DNA of 17,868 nucleotides from Chlamydiae bacterium RIFCSPHIGHO2_12_FULL_49_11 (GTDB lineage Bacteria; Chlamydiota; Chlamydiia; Chlamydiales; 2-12-FULL-49-11): NCBI GenBank assembly GCA_001794905.1, contig MGLW01000066.1, positions 1 to 17,868 of the forward strand, read 5' to 3'. Shown piece by piece: positions 8,601 to 16,902 of this stretch (position 1 is its first letter; each line of letters starts with the position of its first letter). The notes under the pieces were generated by a model. It saw only the letters and a program-made list of their open reading frames with translations, ran no database searches and was not told where the DNA came from. The position numbers and the translations under genes were made by a program.

Positions 8601-8817
8601 CGAGATGTATTTCAATGCGTGGAAGAAGGGTCTCAAGACCACCTATTATTTACGTACCCAGGCGGCGACACAGATTGAAAAATCAACCGTCGACATCAAC
8701 AAAAAGGGTCTGCAGCCACGCTGGATGAAATCCGAGTCTGCCTCAAGCCGCATCAAAGTGGAACGGGGCATTGCAGCAGCCTGTCCGATTGACGGAAGTT
8801 GTGAAAGTTGCCAATAA
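5638..8817 (+). CDS. nrdA: Ribonucleoside-diphosphate reductase alpha subunit (class I) with multiple ATP-cones
   Basis: VVKRDG ATP-cone, ATPTLFN, LSSCY, SSNLCTEI (catalytic Asn/Cys/Glu), AIAPTATI, TTYYLR and C-terminal CESCQ. Confidence 0.98.
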   Translation: MARDSEATLLNKPEKMKPEYEKLDTSQLAVVKRDGNIVPFHRERIFNAMEAAFRDTKKIPKEEKLPEALYHAIDRMTGLVVKHALELGKKGVALTVEGIQDLVEMTLMKNGYHDVARGYIIYRDARKESRKTKNKSLFVIRNRDMQKLRFNPIKITSSLEKTFRKSHAIEDTLIDTVLIASINTLTETIVRRALSREEDTIEVDILQDIIEEELMLAGYFKEAKLYIIQRAEQELGTLLSKPEKKAEEKAFTIATDGAHTFTVTRAEIKKRLKFMIKGHENEVSLDELVELAMLNFYEGIHESEVDTALVMAARSLVEKEPAYSFVTAKILLDKLYKEATGFSIMDSRIEELHQTYFVKAIKLGVSEERYSSRLLEFDLSFLAGTMEIGRDALFQYLGLQTLYDRYFVHVRERRIETPQIFWMRVAMGLALNEEDKNEKAVEFYNLLSEFYYTSATPTLFNSGTMHAQLSSCYLSTVDDDLSHIFKVISDDAQLSKWAGGLGNDWTSVRATGSVIKGTNGRSQGVIPFLKVANDTAVAVNQGGKRKGALCSYLETWHLDIEDFLELRKNTGDERRRTHDMNTANWICDLFMQRVQSNGTWTLFSPSDTPDLHDLYGKAFKKRYEEYEALAADGRLKLHKKIQAVDLWRKMLSMLFETGHPWITFKDPSNIRSPQSHKGVVHSSNLCTEILLNTSKEEVAVCNLGSVNLTRHVKNGKIDEKRLETTVTTAIRMLDNVIDINFYPIEEAKTANLRHRAIGLGIMGFQDILYSAGISYAGFEAADLADEIMESVSYYAILASSKLAKERGTYSSYEGSKWSRDILPIDSIDLLEEERGERVEMDRTRRKDWTPVQEHIRQYGMRNCNTMAIAPTATIANIIGVTASIEPTYKNLFVKSNLSGEFTVLNTYLVEKLKSLNLWDSEMLEDLKYFDGSVLEIERIPQEVKKMFVTAFEMDSDWLIECGSRRQKWIDMGLSLNLYLSEASGKKMHEMYFNAWKKGLKTTYYLRTQAATQIEKSTVDINKKGLQPRWMKSESASSRIKVERGIAAACPIDGSCESCQ

Positions 8818-8835
8818 TTTAAATAAGGACATGAT

Positions 8836-9869
<1,034 letters not shown>

Positions 9870-9870
<1 letters not shown>

Positions 9871-9886
9871 TGGGAAAGACCACTAG
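9870..9886 (+). repeat. 17-bp dispersed repeat ATGGGAAAGACCACTAG, copy 2
   Basis: Identical to 3305-3321; it begins at the last base of the nrdB TAA stop. Confidence 0.75.
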
Positions 9887-10006
9887 AGGGTGTCAGAATT
9901 TTTTTGCGGATAGGATAATTTTAGATTGTTTATTTTAAGGTGGTTGCGGTAGAGCGCAAGAACTCTCTTTCTTTTAAATCAGGGAAAATTATAATGGAAG
10001 TTAATT

Positions 10007-11653
10007 ATGAGAAAGAAGCGGATCGTGATTTTGGGAGGGGGGTTCGGCGGGGTTTTTGCAGGAAAAAAGCTTGAGAAACTGATTCGCCATGAGCGGGATA
10101 AGTACGAAATTATCTTGATCAGCAAATCGAACTATTTTACCTATCAACCCATGCTGGCCGAAATCGTGGGGGGCTCTGTCGGCATCCTCGACTCCATCAA
10201 CTCCCTCAGGAGCCTGCTCCCCAATACGAGCATTTATGTGCGCGAAATTACCGAAATCAATATCGCAAACCAAACGATCACCCTCTCCCCCAACTTCAGC
10301 CATACCGACTTTGTCGTAGCGTACGACTACCTCTTGATCGCACTCGGAAACGTGGCCGATTTTCAAAGCTCCCCTTCGGGTATCGCAGAGCACAGCATTC
10401 CGTTCAAAACTCTGAAAGATACCATCACTCTCAGAAACCACCTCATCGATGTGCTCGAAACGGCTGCGTCCGAAACAAGAAAAGAGGTGCGGAAAAAGCT
10501 GCTCACGTTCGTTGTGGTCGGCGGCGGATTCTCCGGCGTCGAAATTGCCGCGGAGATGAACGACCTCATCCGCCGCAAGGTGAAAAAAAATTATAAATCA
10601 ATTCATCCCAATGAAGTAAAAATCATATTGGTGCATAACAAAAAGAGACTCGTGCACAAAGAATTGGGCAAATCCCTGGGAGAATATTGCGGGAAAATTC
10701 TGAAAAAGAAAGGGGTCAAATTGCTGCTCGAAAGGAAATTGCAAAGCGCAACTCCCCATGAGGCGATTTTAAACGATCAAACAAAAATCTACACCAGTAC
10801 GATCATCACCACTTCTCCTCAGAAAGTCAATCCGCTCATCGAAACATTGCCTCTCGAATTGAAGGAAGGCCGCGTTCTGGTCGACCATACACTGCGGGCC
10901 GTCGGTCACGGGAATATTTTCGCCGTCGGCGACTGCGCCTATGTCCCGATGCAAAGTAATATGGGATTTGCTCCGCAAACAGCCCAGTTTGCCGTGCAGG
11001 AAGGAAAATGTGCAGCAAAAAATATCATCGCCCACACACAAAAAAAACCGCTCAAAACATTTCACCGGCGCAATTGGGGCATGCTCGCCGGTTTAGGACA
11101 CCACCATGCGGTAGCAGAACTGGCCGGCGGATTCCGTTTTTCGGGCTTTTTCGCATGGCTCCTCTGGCGCTTTACCTACCTCTTCAAACTTCCCGGATTT
11201 CGGCGTAAAGTGAAAGTGATGCTTTCATGGATATTGGAAGGGCTCGCCCCTCAAGATCTGGTGCAGCTCAACACGATCGTGCATGAAGGAATACGCCATC
11301 TCCATTATGAAAAAGGGGAAACGGTATTTGAACAGGGGGATATCGGCGATTACCTGTACGTCATAAGCCAAGGACAGGTCGAAGTGATTGTACACCATGA
11401 CGGTTATGATGAACATATCGCCACTCTCGGCAAGGGAGAATATTTCGGCGAGATGGCCATTCTCAATCAAAAAAAACGCAATGCCACGATCCGATGCCTC
11501 TCAGCCTGCGACTTCATCGCAATTCTCAAAGAAGACTTCGAAATTTTAACGACCAACTTCTCCGGCCTCAAAGAAGAATTCCTAAAAACTCAAGAAAACC
11601 GGAAATCTTCCTCCTCTGAGGAGTGGAAAAGAGAAGACAGGGAAGCGATGTGA
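10007..11653 (+). CDS. ndh: Type II NAD(P)H:quinone oxidoreductase (NDH-2) fused to a C-terminal cyclic-nucleotide-binding domain
   Basis: RIVILGGGFGG (FAD), FVVVGGGFSGVEIAAE (NAD(P)H), IFAVGDCA, AQFAVQ (AQxAxQ quinone motif), amphipathic GFFAWLLW anchor. These are followed by GETVFEQGDIGDYLYVI..G.VEV…LGKGEYFGEMAIL…RNATIR (cNMP domain). Confidence 0.9.
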   Translation: MRKKRIVILGGGFGGVFAGKKLEKLIRHERDKYEIILISKSNYFTYQPMLAEIVGGSVGILDSINSLRSLLPNTSIYVREITEINIANQTITLSPNFSHTDFVVAYDYLLIALGNVADFQSSPSGIAEHSIPFKTLKDTITLRNHLIDVLETAASETRKEVRKKLLTFVVVGGGFSGVEIAAEMNDLIRRKVKKNYKSIHPNEVKIILVHNKKRLVHKELGKSLGEYCGKILKKKGVKLLLERKLQSATPHEAILNDQTKIYTSTIITTSPQKVNPLIETLPLELKEGRVLVDHTLRAVGHGNIFAVGDCAYVPMQSNMGFAPQTAQFAVQEGKCAAKNIIAHTQKKPLKTFHRRNWGMLAGLGHHHAVAELAGGFRFSGFFAWLLWRFTYLFKLPGFRRKVKVMLSWILEGLAPQDLVQLNTIVHEGIRHLHYEKGETVFEQGDIGDYLYVISQGQVEVIVHHDGYDEHIATLGKGEYFGEMAILNQKKRNATIRCLSACDFIAILKEDFEILTTNFSGLKEEFLKTQENRKSSSSEEWKREDREAM

Positions 11654-11654
11654 T

Positions 11655-11728
11655 CGCGAGAGACGGGACTCGAACCCGCAACTTCCAGCGTGACAGGCTG
11701 GTGCTCTAACCAATTGAACTACTCCCGC
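11655..11728 (-). tRNA. tRNA-Asp(GTC)
   Basis: Reverse strand: acceptor GCGGGAG/CTCTCGC, anticodon arm CCAGC-CTGTCAC-GCTGG, T arm GCGGG-TTCGAGT-CCCGT, discriminator G. No encoded CCA. Confidence 0.97.
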
Positions 11729-11745
11729 ATGAACGGTAACTTTTT

Positions 11746-11817
11746 TGGGCGCAAGAGGATTCGAACCTCTGACCACCTGTGTGTAAGACAGGAGCTCTGC
11801 CGCTGAGCTATACGCCC
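11746..11817 (-). tRNA. tRNA-Val(TAC)
   Basis: Reverse strand: acceptor GGGCGTA/TGCGCCC, anticodon arm CCTGT-CTTACAC-ACAGG, T arm AGAGG-TTCGAAT-CCTCT, discriminator A. No encoded CCA. Confidence 0.97.
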
Positions 11818-11832
11818 AAAATTTGTAAAAGC

Positions 11833-11862
11833 ATTTTAGACTTTGTGATACATTATGCACAA
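11833..11862 (-). promoter_or_regulatory. Putative promoter of the tRNA-Val/tRNA-Asp pair
   Basis: Minus strand TTGTGC (11862-11857), 18-bp spacer, TAAAAT (11838-11833), just upstream of tRNA-Val. Confidence 0.45.
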
Positions 11863-12288
11863 GTGAGAAATAGTACTTTACTTCTTTTTTTATTCCTCTT
11901 CGGCTGCTCCTCTTCCGACCCGGCAGCTCTGCGTGAAGAAGGGAAACGGACTATTTCCCTCTTGACCGAAAAACTTGCCACGTGCGACTCGGTCGCCGCT
12001 CTCGAACTGGAAAGATTCGAAATCGAAGAGCTGTTTCAAAAATTTGTTCACCTCATGATATTGCAAAAAAAAAGGGAGCTTAGGAAGGGAAAATGCATGG
12101 CGCCGCTGTCGGGAGAAAATCTGGAAATCAGCGCTGCGCTTCAAAATGAACTAGTGCGCCTCTACCGCCTCCCCGGAGGCAGAAAAGTCTTAGAAGAAAT
12201 GCAGGAAGAGCCGGCAAGGCGCTTGGACCGTTTCTACTCGCGCCTCAAAACTCAGGTTGCAAGACGCTCTGATGAAGGTCGGCCTTGA
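11863..12288 (+). CDS. Hypothetical lipoprotein
   Basis: The ORF-track start (11779) lies inside tRNA-Val. A GTG start at 11863 gives MRNSTLLLFLFLFGC, a short signal peptide with lipobox LFGC. The 3' end overlaps surE by 44 bp. Confidence 0.7.
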   Translation: MRNSTLLLFLFLFGCSSSDPAALREEGKRTISLLTEKLATCDSVAALELERFEIEELFQKFVHLMILQKKRELRKGKCMAPLSGENLEISAALQNELVRLYRLPGGRKVLEEMQEEPARRLDRFYSRLKTQVARRSDEGRP

Positions 12289-13039
12289 GAAAAGATATTT
12301 TCATCTGTTCAAACCGGCCGTAGTCGGTGAGGTCATTTACCTGGAGAGGCGTACAGGTTACATACCCCTGGGACAGAAGGTAGATATCACTTTCGGGATC
12401 TTCCTCACTATATTCAATGCTTTCATCGAGGTAAAAATCAGGAGCAGACCCTCGCGCGCGCACAACCGGATTCCAAAAAGAGAGCCCTTGCCGTGCCATT
12501 TTGAGTCCGAGAACTTTCTTTTTCGGCGCCGGAAAATTGACATTCATAACAGAACCCTTGCCGATCGGCGTTTTTAAAAAATGGGCCGTCAATTTTTGTA
12601 CGACACCCTTTTCCAGCGTGAAGTCATGGGCATCCAACCACGGATAGGAAGAAAATGCAATGGCCGGCAAGTGGTAAAAGGAAGCCTGGATTGTGGCGCC
12701 GATCGTACCGCTGTAAAACACATTGCGCCCCGCATTCCACCCGTTATTGATACCGGAAAGGACAAGATCGGGCTTTTTTTCAAGGACGTAATGGAGAGCA
12801 AACTTGACGCAATCGGCAGGGGTCGATTTCACTTTCCACGCAGCGACTGCTCCCTCGACCGAAATTTGAGCCGCTTCGAGCTTGCTCGGCAGGGCAATGC
12901 TAACCCCCTTGCACGACTGGTTTTCCATCGGAGCCACAAGGTAACAATCGTAATCGTCCCGAAGAGCTTCCACCAGGGCAAGAATGCCGGGGGCATCAAA
13001 ACCGTCATCATTGGTAATCAGTAATCTAGCTTTACTCAT
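12245..13039 (-). CDS. surE: 5'/3'-nucleotidase SurE
   Basis: LITNDDGFDAPGI, VAP..NQS, STPADCV, DLVLSGINNG.N.G….YSGT, NVNFP, GYVTCTPL. Confidence 0.96.
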   Translation of the reverse strand: MSKARLLITNDDGFDAPGILALVEALRDDYDCYLVAPMENQSCKGVSIALPSKLEAAQISVEGAVAAWKVKSTPADCVKFALHYVLEKKPDLVLSGINNGWNAGRNVFYSGTIGATIQASFYHLPAIAFSSYPWLDAHDFTLEKGVVQKLTAHFLKTPIGKGSVMNVNFPAPKKKVLGLKMARQGLSFWNPVVRARGSAPDFYLDESIEYSEEDPESDIYLLSQGYVTCTPLQVNDLTDYGRFEQMKISFLKADLHQSVLQPEF

Positions 13040-14446
13040 TTACGCCTCCTTCCGCCCCGTCTCTTTGAGGTAACTAATAACAAAAAATGTGACAAAATGA
13101 CAGAAAAAACCCACGATGATACTCGGAATTGCGCTCCCCATCATGGCGCCGACAAAAGGCCACACGCCGCTTGCAAAAGCGCCGGTGATCACTCCTCCGA
13201 GAACGGCATGTTTATCGAGTTTTTCCATGTAGAGTGCCAAAATAAGAGCCGGCCCGAACGAAGCGCCGAGCCCGAACCACGCATATGAGACAACGTTAAA
13301 AAGAGAGCCGGAAGTAGCGGCGGCAATCACAGCACTCATCAGAGTCACCAGCACAAAAGAGCTCCGGAGCACCTTCACCTCTTTTTCGGGCGAGACTGCC
13401 TTTCGAAAGAGTTTTTTGTAAAAATCTTCGGCAAAATTGGAAGAGACCACAAGGATTTGTGCATTCGTGACGGTGATGGTGACTCCTAAAACAGCACACA
13501 AAATAAATGTAGCCGCAAAGGTGGAAAACAGACTTTGCACCAGGTTGATAAAAATGAATTCGCTGTTTAGCACGGGAGATTTGAGGCTCACATGCGCTAC
13601 AACCCCGATCAGGACGGAACCTAAAAGGGCAAACGACTGCCACGAAATGCCGACCCATTTGGCTTTGCTCATGTGCTCCACCTCACGAATCCCCATAAAT
13701 TTGGTGAGGATGTGCGGCTGGCCGAAATAGCCGAGGCCCCACCCCAAAAAGAGGTACAACCAATTGCCGAATTCCCGCTGGGTTGCCGGCAGCCAGTCAA
13801 AAAAGCGGGGAGCAAATTGCACAGTGGTTTGCCCTGCCGCCTGACTATAGGCATAAATCGGGACAAACAAGATGACAAAGAGGAGAAAAAATCCTTGCAC
13901 AAGGTCGGTCCATGCGAGTGTGATGTAGCCGCCGAAGAAAAGATACGGGACCGTGAGCACAACGCCGAGAATGACGCCGGCAACGTAAGGAATGTGAAAA
14001 ATCATCTCGAGGGTGATGCCGAGGCCGATCATGCCGGCAGCGATATACACAAGGTAAAACAGGGTGGAAATCAAGGCCGTCACAATCCGGATCGAACCCG
14101 AGGTGTCGCTCGTTTTGCTTTCGAAAAGAGAAGAAATCGTGTAACTGTTGTACATCTCGCTCTGCCTGCGAAGCCGGGGTGCAATGAACTGCCAGTTGAG
14201 AAACATGAAAAAGACAAGGCCGAAAGCCACTGCCGCCTGCAATAAACCGTGGGTGTAAACTTGGGCCGGAAAACCGATAAAGATCCAGCTGCTCATATCG
14301 CTGGCATGGGCTGCCAGTGCAGTCACGATAAACCCCATCTGCCTTGAACCGAGCAAAAAATCGCCGAGAGTCTTGGCCCGCAGCTTGGATAAGACGGCGA
14401 TGAAAACCAGAATCAAAAAGTAAGTGATGAATGCAAAAACGGTCAT
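13040..14446 (-). CDS. putP: Sodium/proline symporter (SSS family)
   Basis: Multi-TM protein with ALAAHASDMSSW, APRLR, GG…AWTD..QG, GWGLGYFGQPHIL.KFM and VSYAW.GLGASFGP. Confidence 0.9.
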   Translation of the reverse strand: MTVFAFITYFLILVFIAVLSKLRAKTLGDFLLGSRQMGFIVTALAAHASDMSSWIFIGFPAQVYTHGLLQAAVAFGLVFFMFLNWQFIAPRLRRQSEMYNSYTISSLFESKTSDTSGSIRIVTALISTLFYLVYIAAGMIGLGITLEMIFHIPYVAGVILGVVLTVPYLFFGGYITLAWTDLVQGFFLLFVILFVPIYAYSQAAGQTTVQFAPRFFDWLPATQREFGNWLYLFLGWGLGYFGQPHILTKFMGIREVEHMSKAKWVGISWQSFALLGSVLIGVVAHVSLKSPVLNSEFIFINLVQSLFSTFAATFILCAVLGVTITVTNAQILVVSSNFAEDFYKKLFRKAVSPEKEVKVLRSSFVLVTLMSAVIAAATSGSLFNVVSYAWFGLGASFGPALILALYMEKLDKHAVLGGVITGAFASGVWPFVGAMMGSAIPSIIVGFFCHFVTFFVISYLKETGRKEA

Positions 14447-14467
14447 AGGGGTATTATCTTACCCTGC

Positions 14468-15140
14468 TTACTTTTTCGGCTCAAGCAGAGCTTTCTTACT
14501 CCCGTAATTTTCGATGGCATGGAACAGGTTTGTCTTGGTGTGAGGAAATTTTTTTTGAATAAATTCGAGCAGCATTTTTGTTTCCTTCCGTTTCGAATGC
14601 TGCCCGATCGGGCACTGGCAGACAAACCGTAAAAAACCGGCCCCTCGGGCAAAGGAGACAATTTCCTTCTCTTCGACGAAATAGAGGGGGCGGATTAAAG
14701 TCACCCCGTACCGGTAAAAATAGATTTTCGGTTCCATGGCAGCAAACTCCCCTTTTTGAAGAAGGTTCAACAGGAGAGTTTCGTTCACATCGTCCTTATG
14801 GTGGCCGAACGCAACCGTCGTGATTCCTCTATTTCGCATCGCATCAAAAATCATTTTACGCCGCACGCGGGCGCAGGAATAACATTCGGTCGGCATTTTT
14901 CCTTCTCCCTCTCCGAGAATCACAAGCTCGATCCCCATCTGCCGCACATGTCCTTCCAGAAAATCTTTAGTNNNNNNNNNNNNNNATTTTGTGTAAAAAG
15001 TGGAGAAGGGTCAGCGAATCCTTCCCCCCCGAAAGAGCAACCGCAATCCGATCCTCTTCAATCATGGCAAAGGACTTGATCGCCTTTCGCATCTTGCTTT
15101 CGATTTTTGAATGAAATAGGATTGGAAAATTGTGTTCCAC
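14468..15140 (-). CDS. ttcA: tRNA 2-thiocytidine biosynthesis protein TtcA-like PP-loop ATPase (spans N-gap 14972-14985)
   Basis: Manual translation upstream of the gap from GTG 15140 gives [46 protein letters not shown] (PP-loop). Downstream of the gap: [26 protein letters not shown]. The frame offset falls inside the gap. Confidence 0.88.
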
Positions 15141-15163
15141 GGTGGTATGATATCACACGTATT

Positions 15164-15367
15164 ATGACTCAGCCAGAAAGAAATGATCCGTGCCCATGCG
15201 GCTCGGGGAAAAAGTACAAAAAATGTTGCGGCGTGAAAAAGGGACTCACCCAGCGCTCGATTCACATCTTGCCCTCTACTCCCTCCCCCCTTTCCGAAAC
15301 CATCACGCGTTCGGGACAAGAGATGGAAGAACTTCGAAAGAAGAAGGACCGGGAAAAGGAAAGTTAA
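15164..15367 (+). CDS. Small SEC-C metal-binding motif protein
   Basis: [22 protein letters not shown] is a canonical SEC-C motif. ATG 15164 avoids overlap with ttcA. Confidence 0.85.
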   Translation: MTQPERNDPCPCGSGKKYKKCCGVKKGLTQRSIHILPSTPSPLSETITRSGQEMEELRKKKDREKES

Positions 15368-15373
15368 CACGCC

Positions 15374-16630
15374 CTAATGGTCTTTTTGGTATTCGGTCCA
15401 TTCTCTTTTGTAGTAGTCCATCCCCTCTTTTACAGCCTCTACGAGTTCCCGGGTCGAGAAATAGCCGTCAAACATGACGGGCTCACGTATAATGGTAGGA
15501 GAAAACCCGTTCTCTATCAAAAGTTTAGTAAGAATGGCAAAGGCAACCGTACGTTGATTGCCGTCGGTGAAGGCATGTAGAATCTCCAGCTTTCGACAAA
15601 GACCTGCGATCGCAAATAACTTGTCATCCTCACTTTTTGCCTCTGCTATTTTTGCATAATACTCGGCAAAAAACGCATCCACACATTCGGAACTTCTCGC
15701 ATTTTTCAATGAAACGATCATAGACGGACCATCGGAATCAGCCGGCCTAAATCGACCAAGATAATGGAGGAAATCCCCCTTTGCGTCCTCAAAATAAATC
15801 AAAGTTTCTTCTTCGGCTTCTTTCCTTGCATCCTCAGTCATATATTCGGGTAAAAAATGATAAGCGGTAAGGTCGTGAGTAGCATACTCGGTTCCCGATT
15901 CACTCTCGACCATATTTCCCACCGTTTCAACACATTTCCGATGCAGTATCTTAAACTCTTCAGATGTAAACTTTTGCCCAAGAGTTTCTTGTACGTATTC
16001 AAATCCGGATCTCATTGAGGCACAGTATCCCGGTTCCTTGGCATCAAAAATGTTTGAAATGACCTCATACAAACGCTGCTCTTTTTCCTGACCCGATAAA
16101 AGCCGCCCTTTCTCTGCAGGCACCATGAGTTGAAGAGTCAAGGCCGTTAGGGCAGCAATATACTCTTCTTCTATTGGATCTTCCGGAAATTGGGGGCCTG
16201 CCGGTTTTGTTTGGGATATATACTCTTGAAACCGGTCATTAAATCCCTCCTCAGCAACTATTTTCGCTATCCGGAAGATGGAGGCAAATTGGTTGTTCAA
16301 CATATCATACATCCGGTTCCAACGCTTTCGATCGATAAAAAGGCGCGGCAAAAATGTATAATCGGGCAAAGACCTTCTTTGAAAACAGTAACGCTCTAAT
16401 TTAGCTGCAGTTAGAGCTATATTAATATTTTCTTCGACATCAAATTCTTGTATGTTGGGAGATTCAGTCTCCTGTTGAAGAAGGATATCTTTTTGTAGAT
16501 GACATAACCTTTGAAAATTAAGAACAATTTTTTGAATACGAATGGATTGATCATCAACGGACTGAACAGATTCAAGCGTCTTTTGAAAATAGCCCATGAG
16601 GCCTTGAAATTCCGGCGGGATCTGACTCAT
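15374..16630 (-). CDS. Fic-domain protein, AnkX/XopAC-like, putative secreted effector
   Basis: Non-canonical Fic motif EILHAFTDGNQRTVAF (His352), preceded by YYAKIAEAKSEDDKL and followed by GFSPTIIREPVMFDGY. N-terminal RLFID and EPG motifs are present. Confidence 0.85.
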   Translation of the reverse strand: MSQIPPEFQGLMGYFQKTLESVQSVDDQSIRIQKIVLNFQRLCHLQKDILLQQETESPNIQEFDVEENINIALTAAKLERYCFQRRSLPDYTFLPRLFIDRKRWNRMYDMLNNQFASIFRIAKIVAEEGFNDRFQEYISQTKPAGPQFPEDPIEEEYIAALTALTLQLMVPAEKGRLLSGQEKEQRLYEVISNIFDAKEPGYCASMRSGFEYVQETLGQKFTSEEFKILHRKCVETVGNMVESESGTEYATHDLTAYHFLPEYMTEDARKEAEEETLIYFEDAKGDFLHYLGRFRPADSDGPSMIVSLKNARSSECVDAFFAEYYAKIAEAKSEDDKLFAIAGLCRKLEILHAFTDGNQRTVAFAILTKLLIENGFSPTIIREPVMFDGYFSTRELVEAVKEGMDYYKREWTEYQKDH

Positions 16631-16690
16631 CTCTTTTCATAATTAACAATTATTTTTGCATGTCAATACGAAATTCGAGACGGAAAGTTC

Positions 16691-16719
16691 TTGAAAATAA
16701 ACAGTTCATTTTTTAAACT
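16691..16719 (+). promoter_or_regulatory. Putative promoter of the tRNA-Thr/tRNA-Tyr pair
   Basis: TTGAAA (16691-16696), 17-bp spacer, TAAACT (16714-16719), 14 bp before tRNA-Thr. Confidence 0.6.
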
Positions 16720-16733
16720 CAGCGAGATTTTTT

Positions 16734-16805
16734 GCTGGCGTAGCTCAATGGTAGAGCGCCCGACTTGTAATCGGACGGTTGAGGGTTCAAGTCCTTTCGC
16801 CAGCA
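16734..16805 (+). tRNA. tRNA-Thr(TGT)
   Basis: Acceptor GCTGGCG/CGCCAGC, anticodon loop CTTGTAA, T arm GAGGG-TTCAAGT-CCTTT, discriminator A. No encoded CCA. Confidence 0.96.
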
Positions 16806-16818
16806 GACCCCCTTGCAG

Positions 16819-16902
16819 GGGAGCGTCGCATAGCGGCAATTGCACGAGACTGTAAATCTCGCAACCTAACGGTTTTCGCCGGTTCGAGTCCGGCCGCTCC
16901 CA
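16819..16902 (+). tRNA. tRNA-Tyr(GTA)
   Basis: Acceptor GGGAGCG/CGCTCCC, anticodon arm CGAGA-CTGTAAA-TCTCG, long variable arm, T arm GCCGG-TTCGAGT-CCGGC, discriminator A. No encoded CCA. Confidence 0.97.

Noticed and set aside
11779..11862. N-terminal extension of the lipoprotein ORF overlapping tRNA-Val
   Set aside because: It is the antisense translation of the tRNA; the GTG at 11863 gives a proper lipoprotein signal.
12245..12288. 44-bp convergent overlap of the lipoprotein gene and surE
   Set aside because: Short tail-to-tail overlaps are common in compact genomes, and there is no further signal.
14947..14990. Apparent frameshift or truncation of ttcA
   Set aside because: The offset lies within a 14-N gap of uncertain true length, and both halves carry intact motifs.
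15374..16630. Fic gene as a FicTA/Doc toxin-antitoxin module or as cargo of the recombinase element
   Set aside because: There is no small antitoxin ORF upstream, and the gene lies on the chromosomal side of the tRNA pair, outside the inferred att boundary.
16808..16821. CCCC-TTGCA-GGGG mini-hairpin overlapping the tRNA-Tyr 5' end
   Set aside because: The stem is only 4 bp and too weak to compete with the acceptor stem.
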